From the NCBI GenBank assembly GCA_043777915.1, contig JAYWHB010000357.1, forward strand, positions 1 to 27,339: a stretch of 27,339 nt of DNA, read 5' to 3'. The notes beneath the pieces were generated by a model. The model did not search any database and was not told the origin of the DNA. It was given only the letters and a program-made list of their open reading frames with translations. A program made the translations under genes and the position numbers. The stretch is from Deinococcales bacterium (GTDB lineage: Bacteria; Deinococcota; Deinococci; Deinococcales; JAAFIG01). Positions 26,001 to 27,339 of this stretch are shown in pieces (the stretch's first letter is position 1; each line of letters starts with the position of its first letter).

Positions 26001-27339
26001 GGTTTACTGCCTCGAGTGCCACGGGGACTTTTTCGGGGATCAAAACCCAAGTCAGCAATGCCAGTGGGGTGCTGAATCTAACCGGTAATGCCCTAGATTT
26101 AGAAGCCAAAGCCAGTCGTGCCACGGCGCAGACATCGGCGGGTCTGGTGATGGCTTTGGGTCTAAGTGCCACAAGCCAAGGCGTGGTGGAACGCTTACCG
26201 ATTCGTTTTAAGGCAGCCAAACTCGAGGCGACTGGTTTTGAGGCGAACGCCCTGTTAAATCAAGTCAATGGCACGGTCACAATCGCACAAAGCCAGAGTT
26301 TTACCGCCAATTTTGAATCTGGCAGTGTGCAACACCCAGAAGCGAACGCCACCATTGGGGCTGGGCAGATTTCTGGGAATTTACGTGGTCAAAGTCTCGA
26401 GACTCGTTTTTCACTGCCCGTGTTAAATGCCACGGCTCGAGGAGAAAATGCCAAAATCAGTGCCAAAGGAAGTTTAGGACTGAACTTGGAGCAACCAACC
26501 AAGAACTGGCGTGGCAATCTCGAGGCAACTGCACTTGGGCGCGACTGGCGTTTAGGTGCATCTGGGAATTGGCAGAATTTGAATGTCACGGGTTATGTTC
26601 CGACCCGTCTCTCGAGTTTAGCTGGGGTGGAATTACCAAAGTATTTACAAACCAACGTGGCGATAAACGGCACACTTGGTTTACCGAGTCTGCAATACAA
26701 TCTAGGACTGATTGCCAAACTTCCAGCCTTGCAGTTAAACGCCAGCCTCAAGGGACAAAACACGGTTTTTCAAGCTCGGCTCGAGGCAAAGGATACGGCA
26801 AAGGGTAAAGGCACACTTGTTTATGCTTCTAGTGGTTTGGCTTCGGCAGATTTTAGCAACTTGGATATAACCGCTCTCAGTCAAGTCCAAGGCACAATTT
26901 CAGGGCAGCTTGCACTGGACAAAAAATCTTTGCGGGGCAACTTAAACGGCAATTTGGCAGGGTTTCCGATTTCAGCAACTTGGCTCGAGAATGATGCTTT
27001 TAGCGGCGAAATTGGTGGGGCATTACCCGTTCAAATAAAGTCTGGTAAATGGCTTTTTCCACTCGAGGCGATTATTGAACTTGAAACCCAAGCCTCCGAA
27101 CTGCCGATTCGTGGCAAGGCTTCACTAAACCTCTCAAGCCTTCGCGGGCAGGGGCAACTCGAGTTACTGGCATACAAACAAAGTCTTGGCAATGGCGAAC
27201 TGATTTTGAAGCCGCAAGTCATGCCTTTTCAAGTGGCGCTACAAGATGGTTTGCGTTTTCGGCTCGAGAACCCTGCTGGGGCATTGCGTTTTGCGGCTGA
27301 ATCTTGGAGTGGTCAGCTTAGTTTGGCGTACTCGGCTTT
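23081..27339 (+). CDS. Giant TamB/AsmA-like (translocation and assembly module) protein, partial, runs off the window
   Basis: Frame starting ATG 23081 (MRRWFAIIAGIVVLLGLVVFLAAG..., N-terminal membrane anchor) stays open at every point checked to the window end (>1,400 codons). Gly/Leu/Thr-rich beta-strand repeats. Absent from the track because it has no stop. Confidence 0.8.
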   Translation, partial: MRRWFAIIAGIVVLLGLVVFLAAGSQPALRFALAQAKAAGFEIDAKTLRGNLFLGVEAVDATVKSAFINGSGASVKAKYNLLTLLQKKELRLEAAVSGGRLSFDPAGLPPVPEGGEPPPIHVFLDSAALSDTVLEFVGKNIFVPDAKVTLLSQSALPSQNGKTRGNVRVKLESKDGGGFATALYEFGKDFEPNLVIDTELDASVANYWLKPIPMDIQGGKLRGTVRVTATSVSAEAVLENGAVEVLPNLVASNIAGQASFDTNGLVKAKLTGQGLGGSLQADFELDTKPKQEYWKINGKLVPRLEQIMKTFANSTPGKGALEVTVSGGGWQKLKLNGTVKGLETLEAAGFPVQNLRGTWQFTDHLEASASAVTKIGMDSLNAVADIKSVGEKIVITPELTGNFLNAPLELSGLVEVLGEKIEINAGGAILRGDIGANVDLQGEKISGTGKFGSVQLPLPKPVVSSVNGTAKLSGTVNNLLIAGFLNPASLEIPAIDLNNISGAYKLRFNGKALTAEANLADGAIVANGAIINTDGTPARGSVFVRGLRFEPGGQADYNAQYVLNGAGIALAGVARGYNLKFGEVKLDDLTGVLSVAVGQEIRGRWNASKLLATFTDKSLNLRPRDWRVRAAGETAFVGGDMTLTYDQLKTSGKLTGKTRFGTITALGQGSQIGLSGRAGFNGLQAALSGALQLEPFNLRLAAVPQNKSLGGKILLEADQDFRVSGNLESNGQDLQIGFTKTGLSAKGKLDLSALVPVFPVGTRDLLKGIADINISDSSGTGLVRGVVARIPIEAQLRSNNLQISTEARVTGGQFAGATVSGAVFPSVNARVNYAGLSARVRGSYDNLGINGSGSLPASLLSGTGLSLASNQFAVTGRFQNNVLTASGKVGALQIRNAKLENGVLGADFSGDLVGTYQAEPLRLQGLNGTIEQRDSRLEVRATAKSALGVFRGSPISAGGVTANFSQQNNKNIIRFTASSATGTFSGIKTQVSNASGVLNLTGNALDLEAKASRATAQTSAGLVMALGLSATSQGVVERLPIRFKAAKLEATGFEANALLNQVNGTVTIAQSQSFTANFESGSVQHPEANATIGAGQISGNLRGQSLETRFSLPVLNATARGENAKISAKGSLGLNLEQPTKNWRGNLEATALGRDWRLGASGNWQNLNVTGYVPTRLSSLAGVELPKYLQTNVAINGTLGLPSLQYNLGLIAKLPALQLNASLKGQNTVFQARLEAKDTAKGKGTLVYASSGLASADFSNLDITALSQVQGTISGQLALDKKSLRGNLNGNLAGFPISATWLENDAFSGEIGGALPVQIKSGKWLFPLEAIIELETQASELPIRGKASLNLSSLRGQGQLELLAYKQSLGNGELILKPQVMPFQVALQDGLRFRLENPAGALRFAAESWSGQLSLAYSA

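Larger units (their letters stand above)
141..27268. repeat. Dispersed highly iterated palindrome CTCGAG
   Basis: About 120 copies by manual count against about 7 expected for a random hexamer in 27.3 kb; found in coding and intergenic DNA. Confidence 0.9.

Noticed and set aside
23029-27222. Numerous short and medium track ORFs on both strands (for example 23848..24675 minus, 275 aa)
   Set aside because: They are shadows of the single long + strand TamB-like frame from 23081 and carry no recognisable motifs.
1-27339. CRISPR array, tRNA, rRNA or intact IS/prophage
   Set aside because: No regularly spaced repeat-spacer units, cloverleaf, rRNA-like sequence, integrase or full transposase were seen. 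CTCGAG copies are irregularly spaced and mostly within genes.

Overview
A 27.3-kb window from a Deinococcota bacterium, probably Deinococcales. PrmA and the tandem GdhA/GdhB pair closely resemble Thermus/Deinococcus proteins, and several genes look leaderless. From left to right: a MerR regulator plus SDR with a canonical 19-bp-spacer MerR promoter; prmA, a kynB-like cyclase and an AlaX-type tRNA editing protein; REP/BoxC-like repeats; a GAF-PAS-GAF-GGDEF-EAL protein; gdhA-gdhB. An accessory block (about 11-22.8 kb) follows: a secreted S8 peptidase and a SARP/BTAD-AAA-TPR regulator on the minus strand, divergent from a 106-aa protein, a heme-oxygenase-like diiron oxidase (HDO) and a LuxI/FeeM-like acyltransferase. 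Next come an AT-rich insert (ParA/MinD-like ATPase plus two membrane proteins), an acyl-CoA/ACP dehydrogenase and a PhcB-like methyltransferase. The window ends inside a giant TamB-like gene that the ORF track missed. There are two top candidates for undescribed biology. (1) A SARP-controlled HDO/acyltransferase(/dehydrogenase/methyltransferase) locus that may make an acylated small molecule or signal, with a perfect 11-bp tandem repeat as candidate operator. (2) A highly iterated palindrome, CTCGAG (about 120 copies by manual count versus about 7 expected), which drops out in putative foreign DNA and builds a terminator. All annotations come from motif recognition by eye; no database searches were run.
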